Shown here in pieces: positions 31,353 to 46,280 of a DNA stretch of 64,000 nucleotides. The notes under the pieces are model-generated. The model did not search any database. It saw only the letters and a list, made by a program, of their open reading frames with translations, and was not told the DNA's origin. The position numbers and the translations under genes are program-made. This DNA comes from the human T2T-CHM13v2.0 reference genome, Homo sapiens. Every line of letters starts with the position of its first letter. Position 1 is the first letter of the stretch. The stretch is from NCBI RefSeq assembly GCF_009914755.1, contig NC_060935.1; one strand, written 5' to 3'.

Positions 31353-32543
31353 ATCTATATAAAATTTTTGAGAACTAAAATATTTAGAAATATTAATTTC
31401 AAACACTAAAAGTATAATATAATTTAAAGAGTATTATAATCAAATATATGAACAGATACAAGCGGATAGTCAGTACATGTCACATAAAGATCAAACTCTT
31501 CTGTATTCACATTGTATACCTCTTAAATTATTTTCATATTTCAAAAAATTAATTGACCACTTATGGAATATTAGTATTAATGAGTGTCTACTGGGTATAA
31601 AGTAATGAATTGGAAACTTAGCATATAACTGAAAGAGATAGAATCCTTGCCTTATAATATGTTGGTCAAGACAAACGATACATGTACCATAAAAATATGA
31701 TTACAATCTGATGAGAGCAAAACTGAGTAGACAGGTTATGGTGAGAGTGTGGGAGTATTATGCTGACAATTTGGGACTATTGTTGATAGTGGGAAAATTT
31801 TCTAGAAGAAAGCATGCTCTGAATTCTTCTTAGGTATATTCATAGTGTTTTATTACAAAGAAAAAGAAAAGGAACTTGAATATAACCAACAGTTTAGTAA
31901 AAGTTTAAGAAAAAAGAGAAAACCACATTTGGGAAGCCATAAGGCAGCAACATTGACCAGAAGGGAAAATGTAGATTGAGACACGGAGAAAAGTGAGAAC
32001 AAAAAAAGAAACTAGAGTTAGGAAGTGGCAGAATCAGAAGTAGAAAAAGAGAGCAAAAGGATCAACACTAAAACTATGTGCGGTGGAGACGTAGTTAGCT
32101 GAGGATATGTAGCTCATAAGCATGAAGACCCCTGCATGAGGGATTTGCAATTTTCTAAACAGACAAATGGGCTGGATGTGAACACTTTGTTGTCTTCCTC
32201 CCACCCACTTTTGTAGCTGCAGCCAAAAGTAGAAGGATGAGAATTGAGTTTGGAACTCTGTTCTAATCATATTTTTGTCCTGGTGTGTAGGAAGTGTTGG
32301 AAATAATAAGATTATTCTTAAGATACCACTCCTTGGCTTTCTATGGAAGAAGTATCATTTCCAGTGTAAGATAACAATCTTTATTCAGAGTTAAAATCCT
32401 ACCCTGAAGAAACAAAGAACTGGAATCATCATAAAGCACCCTGTTCTTATAAAATTTATGTTTCTTACCCTAAATTCAGAAGGAATATTACATTTTGAGA
32501 ACTTCATTACTTCGACAAGCACTACTGCAAAAGCAAGTTGTTA

Positions 32544-32566
32544 TGTGTGTGAGTGTGTGTGTGTGT
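32544..32566. repeat. (TG)n microsatellite
   Basis: tgtgtgtgagtgtgtgtgtgtgt. Confidence 0.85.
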
Positions 32567-34573
32567 TTTAAAAGACAATATCAAACCAAGTAAAGCTACA
32601 TTAGAATTGAGTAAATTGGGCAGCTTTCATCTGTTGTAACGCCAATCTATTGACATCTTTACATAGACATGTTTATATGAGTGTGAATTTTAAAAACAAG
32701 CTCCAAGCTGTGCCAGTTTTTAATGCCCATATAACTACAGTCATTGCTATTTTAATAACTGCATTCATTTCAAAGAAACCTGAGTAATGCAATTCTCTTT
32801 AAAAGCCTTGAAACTGACTAAGCCCTCGGGATATCAGCATTTCTAAAGGAAAGAGGTTCAGTTTACCATGCTATTTATAAACATACTGAAAGGGAAAGAT
32901 TAAAAACAACATTTCAAGTGTCTCCCTAAATTTTATGCCTGCCAAATCTTTACACATATTGTAATTTAAAAAAAAAAAATGAGTGTAAACTGAGAGGACA
33001 TAATTTACTCATACCTTGACTAAACAAGGCAGAAAAAAACCAAAGTTTCTGTGTTGTCCTGGCCAAATGTGTTGAAGATCACCTGATGAAGCCAGTCATC
33101 ATACCAAGATACTCCTGTGTGCAAAGGCTTTGTCCACACACCCTTCTAGCTGGCCACCTCCACAAAGCCTTCACAGATGAACCCAATTCTATACTGATTA
33201 CCTCCCCGGTCAGAAACACCAGATTATATTGTCCAACAATATTTTAAAATCTTGATGTAGTTTGATGCTCCCCAAGTAGATCAAATAGTCTTGAAGACGC
33301 TTCCTTTGCAGCCCACCTAGGGCAAAATGTAGTGTTTCATGCACAGAATGTGCTAAACATTTCCTTTCAAGCCTGAGTCATTATGCCTAATGTATTTACC
33401 AGAGATTTCATATTTGTCACACAAAGACATTTGACTCAGCCAGTATTGTAACCACATATAGTTTGTTCAGAAACTGAGTATTTTTATAATGGTTGCTGAG
33501 TGTAATGAATCTGGGAAGAATTCAAAACCCATATTTTGTACTCACTACAAACCTTTCTAAAGTGAGAAAAAGTACGTGCTTTTTATATTCAACATTTCCA
33601 GAGAGGATCTTTGGGCAAGAAACTATTTCAGGTTTGGGGAGAAATGAAATGAGGGAGAACACATTTGTAAAAGTTACATCACTTATTCTCTCCTTCAAAG
33701 CCAGTGGATTTACTGGTTTGAAATGAAGGATGGATGCACTGACAATGACTGTCAAGTCCAAAAATCTAGAAGTGGTCTGCTGAGGTAATATTTGCAATTG
33801 GGACTGTTGAAAAATCTGGAATAGTGGCCAAAGACATGACACTTTTTATGCCTTACTGATTTCAGCTTAGAATTCACTGTATAGGCTCCAAGATTTCAAC
33901 CTAGCCATAGACAGTTCAAGTAATTTATTTTTACTACTCTGAAAAGGGAGTGTACGTTTCACCTTTAAGCTATTATCTAACAAAATAATTACTGGGAACA
34001 TAATTAACCAATTGTGTAAAAGGTTTCAATGTTTATATTTATCACAATTTCTAAATTTTCTTAGAAATTTTCAGAACTGTAATCAATAGTACCTAGCCAG
34101 TAGCAAACTTATGGCTCTTAGAAGGCATGAAGTAGCCATACTTAGCAGTTATTTCTGAAAATAATGCCACATCCTAGTCCCAGGTAGCAAGTAAAACTTC
34201 CTCCATGATGTAATGGCATGAACATACTTCTTCCAAAATTCCTGAAATGTTTTTCAGAAGGGTAACTGTATCTTTCCAACATTCCTAAGTGAATGTTTTT
34301 TTCCTAAAACCAAGAAAACCAAAGTTTAACGTTTCAGTATGGCATACTGGAAAAAGACATAGGGTAGGCACTCATCACCTTGGTTTCTAATCCAAGCTAT
34401 GAAACAACATTGAAATAAGTCTCCACATCTCTGGGACTGATGTATAATGTTTATAGGCTCACTTAGCTTTACCCATTCTAGTACTATGGAATGAGAGGAG
34501 TCTGCAGATCCCTCTATTCTGTCCTGACCATTACCATCATAACAATATATTGTTAATGAATGCAGGCCCTGTA

Positions 34574-34873
34574 GGCCCAGGCATGTTGGCTCACGCCTCT
34601 ATCCCCAACACTTTGGGAGGTCGAGGCAGGAGAATCAACTTGAGCCTAGGAATTCAAGACCAACCTGGGCAACATAGTGAAACTCTGTCTCTACAAAAAT
34701 TTTTTTAAAAATTAGCCAGTGTTTGTGGCATGTGCCTGTAGTTTCAGTTTCTCAGGAGGCTGAGGTGCGAGGATCTTTTGAGTCTTGGAGGTCAAGGCTA
34801 CAGTGAGCTGTGATCGTGCTACTGCACTGCAGCCTGGATAACAGTGCAAGACCCTGTCAAATAAATAAATAAA
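34574..34873 (+). mobile_element. AluJ
   Basis: ttgagcctaggaattcaagacc, ggaggtcaaggctacagtgagctgtgat, (AAAT)n tail. Confidence 0.93.
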
Positions 34874-37800
34874 TGTAATATTCTCCCTTTATTTTACCTG
34901 TATAGAATGTTATTTGTTTACCTAGGCAAGTATATAACCGGAGCATTGACAGAACCTGTATTAATTTGTATTCTTCTGGTTGGAAACAACAAAATATGTC
35001 TTAAATTAGTTCTTTCATAAGTATGACCTGAGTAAAATCTGAAATATCAGGTAGGCCCATCAAGGCACAGTCAAAGAAATAGCCTCGCAATTAAATTTAA
35101 TTATTAATAAAAACAATTCAAATCTTTACTGAAGTCTCTCAAATTCAAAGAAGTCACAACATAAGCAATAGAAGTGGTTCATAAAATTCTCCATTTCAAT
35201 CTTGTTATTCTCAAGAGTTCTTATTTACTGAAACCATCTTATAGCCCTTCCTTCAATTCCTTTAGAGTCAACTCATAACCAAATGGTATCCCAAAACCCA
35301 CCGTAGGCTGATCCTCCTTATTTTTCCCCTCCTCCTCTTTTTAACATTCTCATAATTTTGTCTCTTTAAAAAGAGGTTAAAACCTTTCTTCCAATGTAAA
35401 GTAAAAGTCTCTTCTTCCCAATGTTTAGCTCTATCTACCCATGAGCTAAAATCAGGAGCACAAAACCAAGGAAATAACATTAAAAAAATGAGAATAAATT
35501 TTAGAAAGTGAACAAAAAGAGGAAAAAAGAGAGAAATCTATCTCAATGGAGGGATGAAAAGTGGAAAGTTTGCAAACTTTCATAGTTTTTACATGTTTTC
35601 TTTTATTTTCTACTCCTCACCATACCTGGGGCCTCCTGAAACTCTGTATGGGGTATTTAGCTGGGCTTCCAGAATAAACAAAAGAGTAATTTGAATGTTG
35701 TCAAGGTATTTTTTTCCAATCTCTCAGTTTTCTGTGTAAGCATGTGCATTCTTCTCTTCATCTCTAGAAACTGTTCTCCATTTTTTTGTGTATATATGGT
35801 AGAAAGTATGTTCCCCAGTAAGCTCTCCATTTAATGTGTTACATATCCAGCTACTCATAGAGCAATTAATCTTTTTGTAATAGGAAGGGAATCTGATTTA
35901 GTATATATTAGATACCACGTCAATAACTAAAAATCACCAAAGGATTTGTTTATATTTTACAGAAAATGTACATTAAGGTGGATCCAAAAAAAAAAAAAAA
36001 ACCTTAAAATGCAGTGTATGTGTGGTCCAAGAAGACCACCTCATTGGCACCAACTACAGGGAGAATCATAAATTCTAATTCTGAATATGAGTATAATTCC
36101 CAATGATTTTGACTCTTGGAGTATCATCTAGCTCCCTTTGTTATCATTGTTATTTTAGTCAGATTTTATGCTATTTATGTTTCAGTGGCATGTCCCTTAT
36201 TGCAAAGTGAGATATTTTAAAAACACATTTCTAGAGATAGCTTTTTAAATTTTTTGACGTTTATCTTTTCACATGTTAATTTTCCTAATGAAAATATCCC
36301 CTTTTTTTTTTTTACCTAAAAAATTGCTTATACATGTGTAAGACATTTAAAAGTACAATGTGCTCATTGAATAGAAGAAGCAACTGAGAGGACTTACTCA
36401 AGAACACAAGCTGCTAAGTGTCAAGGAAGAACACGTAATTTTATCTCCCCTTTCCTGTTCATTTAATTTTACCCTTGGGCCCATTCAGTGTCAGATTAAA
36501 CCTGTTCCATACATTGAAGAAAAATTAAACTTAGGGTTGGCTAGGTTAGAGTTATTTAATTTTCAGTAGAAAACTGAAGGTGGAACCAGCAGCCTTGCAA
36601 TTTAATTTGCTAGCTAAATTGGTTTTTAAGGTAAGTCTGGAGTTATATGACCCAAAGAATTCATAACAATGTGGATTTTCTTTGTATCTTACTGCCTCGG
36701 GTAGTAGCGAATTTTTCTCCATGGCTTTAACTCTACATAAATGGTTTTAAAATGACCTTCAATCAGATACCATCATTCCAGGGGTTCAGGAAAAATTCAC
36801 ACAGAATGTAAAACTGGATTTGAGCTTTCCTTTAGTCCAACACATTTTCCAAGATTTTGCATTAAAACCTTATACCTTAATAAAGAAGGGAGGCAGAAGG
36901 AGAAAAGATCATGGTACCTAATTTGATCAAAATGAGGCAGGAGAAGAGATGGACAAAGATAGGGCCTAAAGTGTTAACTACACTGACTACAGAGTTCAGC
37001 AAAACCACAGGCCAGAAGCAAGCAGGCTGCATAAGTTTTCTCCCTGGTCAAGCTATATTCAGTATTGACTTCTTAAGAGAGTCAGATTACTTAGAGATCC
37101 CAGATCAATCAAGTGTCTAGTCAAGGCCAAATATAAACTGAGAAGTACACATTAGACCATGGGGGAGGGTACGGTGAGGATGGGGTTAGTGGCTGAAGAA
37201 GGAAGAACTTCTTCAGAGAAGTCAAGAGCGGCAAGACAGTAGCATCCAAACATATATTAGTTGGCTAGGGCTACCAAGCTTGGGAAAGTGTGTCCTAGAG
37301 TGAAGAAGCCCTGAGGTATTTTGGCTGGGGCAGGGGGCTTTAGAAGTGTTAGAATGAGCACTAGGTCTGTCTTTTAAAGTACTAGATGCCCCAGGCTGTT
37401 CCTGGCAGCAATAAACAAGAAAAGTAATGGGCTGACCACTACAGGTCCTAGACTAGCTAGATTAAAGGCTGTGGGTAGTCATGATTGGGTTTAATATGTA
37501 ACACCACAGTGATTTATGGTACACCTTTTAAAATAATTATTAATAATTTTCACTTTTTGACTTGCAATAATAGGGTTTTAATCACTATATATATTGCAAA
37601 ATCTTTGGCAACTTTTCTAAAAAGATGTTTTCCACTTGGCATATATATTCTCTGGTCCTGAAACCTTAAGAACAAGATGCTGCTCTTCTCTGATTCAGCC
37701 CACAAACTTCCAAATTAGCCTGAAAAGGCTTTCTCATTCTGTTTCTTGTAAATGCCTCTTTAGAATTTGACTTTCCCTTCAAAATAGAAATGGTAAGAAT

Positions 37801-38399
37801 TCCCCAAAACAGACTCGCTGTGGCACAGCCAATCCTCTGCTTCTTTCCTGATCTTGGTTCAGAAAGATCTCTGGTTGCCTCCACATTTCTAAGTCACACT
37901 GATTGTTTGCTTTCATCTTCAATTTTTCATGTTCAGCTTGGATATTAGAAGGAAATTTATACTGACTTAAAGGATTCCTGATGAGTAGTAAACACAATAT
38001 TTAGTTTCCTAAAAGCTCAAGATTTGTACCACTGTAAAGAAGAATTTGAAACAAGGAGGTATTAAAAGTTCTCAAATTGGCCTAGTTCTCCTTATTTAGA
38101 GCTATATGAGATATTATGTGTATCCGTGAGAATGTTAGTAAATACAAAAGATACAGTTTATAAGCTATATGAATAAACAATACTTCCAATTATCTTATCT
38201 GTAAAATGAATATGACATTAAGCTTATTTCAAAGCGTGGGTGAGAAGGTTAAAAATGTTTGTAACCTTATGCGTTGTGTAAAGTGCAATGCAAACTAATG
38301 TGAAGCTCTCTCTGGGTTGGTGTTTAAACAAGAGACTACCGAATGTTAGATGGACTCAGGATAGCGGTAGAAAATTCAATTATTTAATGTAGAAAAATA

Positions 38400-38526
38400 T
38401 AAATTCAGACCTACTGAACGCAGACCTAACCCAGACCTACTGAATCAAAACTTCTGTGGAGAAGACCCGAGAATGTGAATTTATTTTAAAGTGATTCAGG
38501 CAATTCTGATAGATGGCCAAATTTGG
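38400..38526. mobile_element. MER5A fragment with a short internal duplication
   Basis: ccagacctactgaatcaaaacttctg; cagacctactgaa occurs twice. Confidence 0.6.
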
Positions 38527-38561
38527 ATTTTAGTGAATAAAAACATTAAAATTGCTGATAT

Positions 38562-40570
38562 TCAGGCAAGAGAAAGAAATAAAAACATCCAAATAGGAAG
38601 AGAAGAAGTCAAACTAACTCTCTTCACTGATATGATTCCATAACTAGAAAACCCCATGGACTTCACCAAAAGGTTTTCGGAAATGATAAATTACTTCAGT
38701 AACATTTCAGGATACAATGTCAGTGTACAAAAATTAGTAGCGTTTCTATACATCAATAGTGTCCAAACTGAGAGCCAAATCAAGGACACAATTCAATTTC
38801 CAATAGTTATGAAAATAATAAAATGCCTAGAAATACAGCTCAGCAAAGAGGTGAAAGATTCTTATAACAATAATTAAAAACACTGCTGAAAGAAATAAAA
38901 GCCAATACAAACAAATGAAAAAAAATTATATGCTTGTGGATGGGAAGAATCAATATTTTTAAAATGGCCATACTGCTCAAAGCAGTTTACAGATTTAGTG
39001 TTATTCCTATCAAACTACCAATGGCATTCATCATACAATCAGAAAATCTATTCTAAAATCCATATGGAACCAAAAAGGAGCCCAGATAGCCAAAGCAATC
39101 CTAAGCAAAAAGAACAAAGCCAGAGGCATCACCAGACTTTAAACTATACTAGAAGGCCACACTAACCAAAACAGTATGCTATTGGTACAAAAACAGACAC
39201 ACAGGCCAATGGAACACAACAGAGAACACAGAAATAAAACCACACACCTACAACCATCTGATCTTCAACAAAGTAACCAATAATAATCAATGAAGAAAGA
39301 ACTCCCTATTCAATAAATTACGCTAGAATAACTGTTTAGCCATGTGCAGAGGATTGAAACTAGTCCCCTTCCTTTCACTGTATACAAAAATTAACTCAAG
39401 ATGCATTAGAGACTTAAATGAAAGACCTCAAACTCCAAAAAAAAAAAAAAAAAAAAACATAGAAAAAAATCACAGGAAATATCATTCTGGACATTGGCTT
39501 TGGTAAAGAATTTATGACGAAGTGCCCAAAAGCAATTGCAGCAAACAAAAGAAATAGACAAGTGGCACCTAATTAAAGAGCTTCTGCACAGTGAAAGACA
39601 CTATCAATGGAATAAGAAGACAACCTATAGAATGGGAGAAAATACTTGCGAAGTGTGCATCCAACAAAGGTCTAATATCCAGAATCTAGAAGGAACTTAA
39701 ATAATTCAACCAGCAATAACCAAACAACCCCATTATAAAATGAGCAAAGGACATGAATAGATATTTCTCAAAAGAAGACACATACATGGCCAACACATAC
39801 ATGAAAAAAATGCTCAGCATCACTAATCATTAGAGAAATGCAAATCAAAACCATCTGAGATACCATCTCACACCAGTCAGAATGGCTATTACTAAAAATT
39901 CAAAATATAACAGATGTTGACAAGGTTATGAAGACAAGAGAACACAACCACTACAGGTAGGAATGTAAATTAGTTCAGCCACTGTGGAAAGCAGCACAGA
40001 AATTTTTCAAAGAATTTAAAACTGAGCTACCATCTGACCCAGCAATTCCACCACTGGGTACAAACCCAAAGAAAAAAAAATCATTATATAAAAATCATAT
40101 GCACTCATATGTTCATGACAGCACTATTCACAATAATAAAGACATGGAATCAACTTAGATGCTCATCAAAGGTGGACTGGATAGAGAAAATATGGCACAT
40201 ACACACTGTGGAATACTACACAGCCATAAAAAGAACAAAATCACGTCCTTTGCAGCAACATGGATGGAACTGGAGGCCATTACTCTAAGCAAATTAATGC
40301 AGAACAGAAAATCGAATACTGCATACTCTCACTTACAAGTGGGAGATAAACACTGAGTAATCATGGACTTAAAGATAACAACAATAGGCATTGGGGACTA
40401 CTAGAGAGGGGAGGGCAGGAAGGGGGTGTGAACTAAAAAACTACCTATTGGGTACTATGTGCACTACCTGAGTGACAAGATCATGTATACCAAATCTTAT
40501 CAACATGCAATTTACCCTGTAAGAAAGCCACACACGTACCCCTTGAACCTAATTTTTTTTTTTAAAAAAA
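38562..40570 (+). mobile_element. 5'-truncated older primate L1 (L1PA15/16-like): ORF2 3' part plus 3'UTR
   Basis: caggcaagagaaagaaataaa...aaaaactacctattgggtactatg...gtaccccttgaacctaa; heavily frameshifted. Confidence 0.92.
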
Positions 40571-40723
40571 GAACCTGCTGGTATCAACACCAATTTTAAC
40601 CATGATTTTTTACTTTTTTTACAGTGCGTGGCAATTTTGCTATGAACAATATATGTCATAGTCTCACAAAAACCTTAGAAAGAAAAACTAATGCTATTTT
40701 AGAAAGAAAAAATGTTAACCATT

Positions 40724-41077
40724 TGTATTAGTCCATTTTCATGCTGCTGATAAAGACATACCCGAGACTGGGTAATTTATAAAGGAAAGAGGTTTAATGA
40801 ACTCACAGTCCCACGTGTCTGGGGAGGCCTCACAATCATGGTGGGAGACGAAAGGCACATATTCCATGGCAACAGGCAAGAGAGAATGAGAGCCAAGGGG
40901 AAACCCCTTATAAAACCACCAGATCTTGTCAGACTTATTCATTACCAGAACAGTATGAGGAAAACCACCCACATGATTTAATTATCTCCCACCGGGTCCC
41001 TCCCACAAAACACGTGGGAATTATGGCAGCTATAATTCAAGATGAGATTTGGGTGGTGACACAGCCAAACCATATCA
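40724..41077 (-). mobile_element. THE1B/C solo LTR inserted in a MIR
   Basis: tgtattagtcc...tgctgataaagacatacccgagactggg...acagccaaaccatatca; perfect TSD ccatt; MIR core continues to about 41210. Confidence 0.93.
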
Positions 41078-41769
41078 CCATTTTAGAAAGAAAGGTTAAT
41101 CCCATTTGACAGATTGAGAAACACTGGCACAAAATAAAGCAACTCATCCAAATTGACAAGAGTGAGTGGTGGCAGTTAGTACTGAACTCCAGGTCTCCTT
41201 GACTCCTAATCCAGTCCAGCAATCTTAATCAGTACAATATACAGCCCCTTTAAAAACACTGTGAATAAACTCTTCTAATTTATTGCCTGTGGAATTCAGC
41301 AGTCCCATAACAACTAAAGCCATTTGAGTACATCTTCTTTGTATTTTGAGCAATGGGTAGAAATATGCTCCAAACTGCAAATCCATCTGAAATGATGGGT
41401 AGATTCCCTATAATTCCTCTTTCTGTTCCATTTATAGTGCCAACATATTTGCAGCTTTTAAAATTGCATACACATTACACAGCTTATTACAAAACTTTAA
41501 AAACAATGAAATGTTCATAAAACCTCTGCATCTTTTTGTTTGTCTGATATTCAGACATAAAAACAGTAAAGGCCCCTTTCCATCTAGAAAGCTACTTATC
41601 ACCATAAGAATCCAACACTTCCAAGCATTGTTTTTCAGTCTTGATTTCTTGGCTTCCATTTTAACTGACTCACCAGACATAAACACAGGTCTGGAGATGA
41701 TATGAACTTGGAATAATATTTGAGAGGTTAGTTATAGTTACCAAGGGGATTCTTTAGCCTTACGTTCAT

Positions 41770-42225
41770 AAAGATGCTGATCACGCTTCTGTAACGAGAG
41801 ACCCAAAACTGCAGTGGCTTATATAATACAGAGGTTTATTCACAGCTTACTTGGCCCTTCTGACCAATTACAGAGAGCTAAAGAGATTAAGAATCTCCTT
41901 AGCTCCTTCTAACTTTTGGTCTTTGCCTTTCTTGACATGCAGTGTGCAGATTACAGTTTAAGGATTCTGCTCACCCAGACTTGCAGACAGGCCAATGTCA
42001 AAAGGAAAAGGGAGTGCACCTCTCTTTTTGAAGGCCATGATCCACAAGTTGCTTACATCATTTTTGCTCATATACCAATGAATAGAACCTAGTCACATAG
42101 CCACACATAGGTACATGGGAGATTGTGCAATATGAACCTGGATATGCAGCCACATTCTAGGGTAGGACTTACGTATAAGAATGGAGTGGGTATGACAGGG
42201 GAGGCAATTTTCAGCCTCTGCCACC
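41770..42225 (-). mobile_element. Old MLT1 LTR
   Basis: ctgtaacgagagacccaaaactgcagtggctta...gaacctagtcacatagccacac. Confidence 0.6.
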
Positions 42226-42683
42226 ATCTTGAAGATCCCTATTGTTTGGAATGGTAAACATTTGTAGTATTCAGAATTGATACAGATAAATTTTTTTCCA
42301 CCTTCATGCCAATACTTGACCTATCTAATCCCCAGTTAGAATTTCAGAAAGAAAACGTATTCAAGCCAAAGCTTAGAATAGAAATCCAAAAGCATTGGCC
42401 AACATTTCTTCTTTGACTGTGTCATCTCTCCAGGTGCTAATGAAGTCCTGATAGATGAGACGCTTAAAATAAATAATCAGATTTTTTTAGAAAGACACTT
42501 GTCCTATTGATCTAGTATTAGCTTCAATGCCTTCTGTGAAATTAAGCAAATGTCTTCTACTACTGAAAGCAGGAAAAAAAAATTGAAAGGGCATTCAACA
42601 TTCAACAAATATTAGGGAACTCTTGACTACACATAGCTAGCTACATAGTCATGGGCTTTAGCAAGATAGTTTGTGGGCCTTAG

Positions 42684-43184
42684 TGTAGCAGGCAGAATAA
42701 AGACCTTCTGAATCTATTAGGTCTTAATCACCAGAACGTGTGAATATGTTAGGTTATATGGCAAAGACCAATTAAGGCTGCAGATGGAATTCAGGCTGTT
42801 AATCAGCTGACCTTGAGATGGTGAGATTATATTGTGTTGCTTAGGTGGGCCTAATGTAGCCACAGGGGTCCTTCCAAGAGAAAGAGAAAAACAGAAGACT
42901 CAGAGTCAAAAAGATGTGAAGATGCTACACTGCTGGCTTTGAAGACAGAGGAAGGGACCACAAGCCAAGAAATGCAGGAGAACTCTAAGAGCTAAAAAAT
43001 GCAACGAAGCATGTTCTCCCTTAGAGCCTCCAGAAAGCAAAGCAGCTCTGCCAACACCTTAATTTTAGTCCAGTGAGACAACTTTTGAACTTCTAAACTC
43101 CAGAATCATAAGGAAATAAATGTGTACTGTTTTAAATCACTATGTTTGTGGTAATTTGTTATAGCAGAATTAGGAAATTGATAT
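42684..43184 (+). mobile_element. MLT1D LTR
   Basis: tgtagcaggcagaata...gtgaatatgttaggttatatggcaaa...gcagatggaatt...gtttgtggtaatttgttatagcag. Confidence 0.85.
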
Positions 43185-43445
43185 AATTTTATACTCAATT
43201 ATATTAATTATAGATTCAAGTATTTTGCTATATGATTCAAATCATCTCTGTGCTAGCACACTAAATACCCCATCTCATTTAATTCTCTTGACTCTATGAA
43301 GTGGGTATTGAAAAAAACCCAAGATTAAGGAAGTGAAGTAACTTGCTAAATGTCACATACAAATTGGTGGAGAAGATATTCAAATATTGTCTAAAAGTCT
43401 ATGATGAACTATTTAAGACATAGTCCTTGTCTTCAAAGATGTTAG

Positions 43446-43750
<305 letters not shown>

Positions 43751-43785
43751 TGAGTTACTAATTTTATCATTTTTTGAATACTATG

Positions 43786-44000
43786 TTGGAGTCGGCAAAT
43801 TTTTCTAAAAATCGTAACACAGTGAATATTTGAGGCTTTCTAGGCCAAATGTTGTCTGTTGCAGCACTCAATTTTGTCATAACATGAAAGCAACTGGAGA
43901 AGCTATGTAAATTAAAGAGGATGGCTATTTTCCAATAAAACTTTACTGAGAATAGGTGGTAGGCCAGAATTAGCTAATGGGCATAGCTTACCAAGTACTG
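43786..44000. mobile_element. MER58A hAT MITE
   Basis: gtcggcaaatttttct...gtgaatatttgaggcttt...ttccaataaaacttta. Confidence 0.75.
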
Positions 44001-44149
44001 CTCTAGGAGAAAAGAGCTTAAATATAGGGAATTCTTCTGTGAAATTGTTTAGCTGAATGAAGGTAATCTCTGTGCATAGGCAAAGACTATTCCTGGAAGG
44101 TATAATTCATAATGAATTGTGGTTTTTATACTAGTGCTTTTTCATTGGC

Positions 44150-44500
44150 TAGTCCCTTCTTAAAATGCTTCCTCCAACTCTCATATCTACACAGCAAATT
44201 TCCTGCTCTTCTTACCTTCTATCAAGTCTTCTTAGTGAGATCTACCCTTATCCACTCACTTAAAATTACAACTTTTCCACCATCACTGCCTGACCAATCC
44301 CCTTTATACTGTTCTAATTTTTTCTCCCTAGCTATTACCTTATGAAATACAGTATGTTTATTTATTTTACCTATAATTTAATGCCTGTCTTTCCCTGATA
44401 AAAATGATTTTTGACTATTTTGTTTGCTAATGTATCACAGATGCCTAATATCATACCTGGTACATAACACACTGTCAATAAATATTTGTTGACTAAATAT
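44150..44500 (+). mobile_element. L2 3' end
   Basis: tttgctaatgtatcacagatgccta...cctggtacata...tcaataaatatttgttga. Confidence 0.7.
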
Positions 44501-45539
44501 TGTCCTTGGTATCTTATTTTTCATTAGGCCCAAATTACAAAGCATTAATTTACTTAAAGTGTATAAGTGACCAGAAGACTTTGCTTAGTATTAACTTTCA
44601 TTTTTCACTGAGGTATTGCAGTTTTACTTCCTTGTTCAACACAAACATCATTTTGATTAACCTAATGAATTGTCTTCTATTCTAAGGGAGATGAGGTTGT
44701 ATATTTATATCTCTAAACTCACCTTCCAATGCAGTTCCAAATATTTGTTGCTTTTCTCCCCAGAGACTTGCACATCAGTGGTCATAAAGCACTTTGAAAA
44801 TATTTCAGAAACAAGTGGTTATTTAAATGCAAGCTCCAATATGATAATGAAGAAAAGGAGAGACATTGCAAGACAGGAGTGAAAGATAGAGCATGCTTGT
44901 GTTTATCCTAGAGCTGTATTGGGATTCCTATAATGATTAATGATGCAATAATATAATAAGAACTCAGTGGCCATGAGGCAGTGGCATTTGCAAATAAAGA
45001 ATAAGATCGGAAAGTAATCAGCAGCAACTCCGAACTTAGTTAAGGTTTCAAGTTATGCACCATTTTTTATATCATGTTAGTTCATTTCCTTTCATATTAC
45101 TACCCTAAATCATTTTGCTCTAAGGAAGAAAGAACAGCTGAGTTGAGTATGAAGATTAACGGGCAGTGTATCTATTCCTGTTTGCAAGGATGAGTACCTA
45201 AAGTTGAGAAAGCAGATCAGAACTTCTTGGGTTTTCAAATTGGACTGGAAAATTTCCCAAGAACAGGTTTTCTGCTAAACATACATCCTACCCTGGTCAA
45301 ACTGCAAATAATGCAATGCTGGTCTTTATTAAATCAGATACAAGCTGTGAAGAGACCACAAAGATATAACTAGAAATCACAGCCAATTGAAAGAAACCAA
45401 GCTTTCAATAAAATTGAAAGCCTGATTACTTGAATGTGGTCTATCTATTAATTCAAAGTATGCTCCTCAGGACTTTTGAATCTCTCTTTCTTGATATTAG
45501 CTCCTTTTGGAAATCTCAGTCCTGCATTTCTGACAGCTT

Positions 45540-46280
45540 GACTTCTCCATCTGGATATCGTGCCCAAAGGCTACTAATACCATAAACCCAACATACCCAA
45601 AATAGTATTTGTCACATTTCTTTTAAAATGGCTGTTAATAACACCAGTCTCACAGATTTAATTCTTCTGCACCTACCTTATCTAAATCAGTTACCCAAGC
45701 CACATAGATTCTATATTCTCAGTGCCCTTCACATTTTGTTCATTCTCGCCCACATTACCCTAATACAGGTCTTTAGAACACTTCTACTTTGTCATTGTAA
45801 TAGCCTTCTTACTGGTCTACTGCTTTCTTTCTCTCCAAGGCAACATCCTGCAACCAGATTAATCTTCCTAAATTATAGCTCTGACAATAACCTGCTCGCA
45901 CACTTATAAGCTCTTCAATATCTACCAAATTAGGGATGAATTTCTTGTGTTTTTATTCCAGGCCTCCAAGATATTGTTGAACTACCTTCCCAACAGCATC
46001 TACAAGGTGCTGCCAAACAGAGATCAAACTGTGGCCAAAACCCCCTTACCTATCCATTAATCTCACAGGTGAATCTCTTTGTTAACACATTTCTATTTTC
46101 CTTAAAATGTGCATCCTACTTCTGTTAAACATTCTTTGTTCTTCATTTGTGTTTGTCTTATATTCTTGCCTTTTTCCAAATTAGGATAAGGACTATGTTT
46201 CATCCATTTTTGTTTCTTCTTCCTTGCACAGTGAACCATATATAGTAATCACTGGTTACATGCATGTGGAAATAAGTAAG
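45540..46280 (+). mobile_element. L2 fragment
   Basis: attgtaatagccttcttactggtct...gcaaccagattaatcttcctaaa. Confidence 0.55.

Noticed and set aside
36500-37500. Possible ancient LTR
   Set aside because: LTR-like by impression only; no termini, TSD or family could be assigned.
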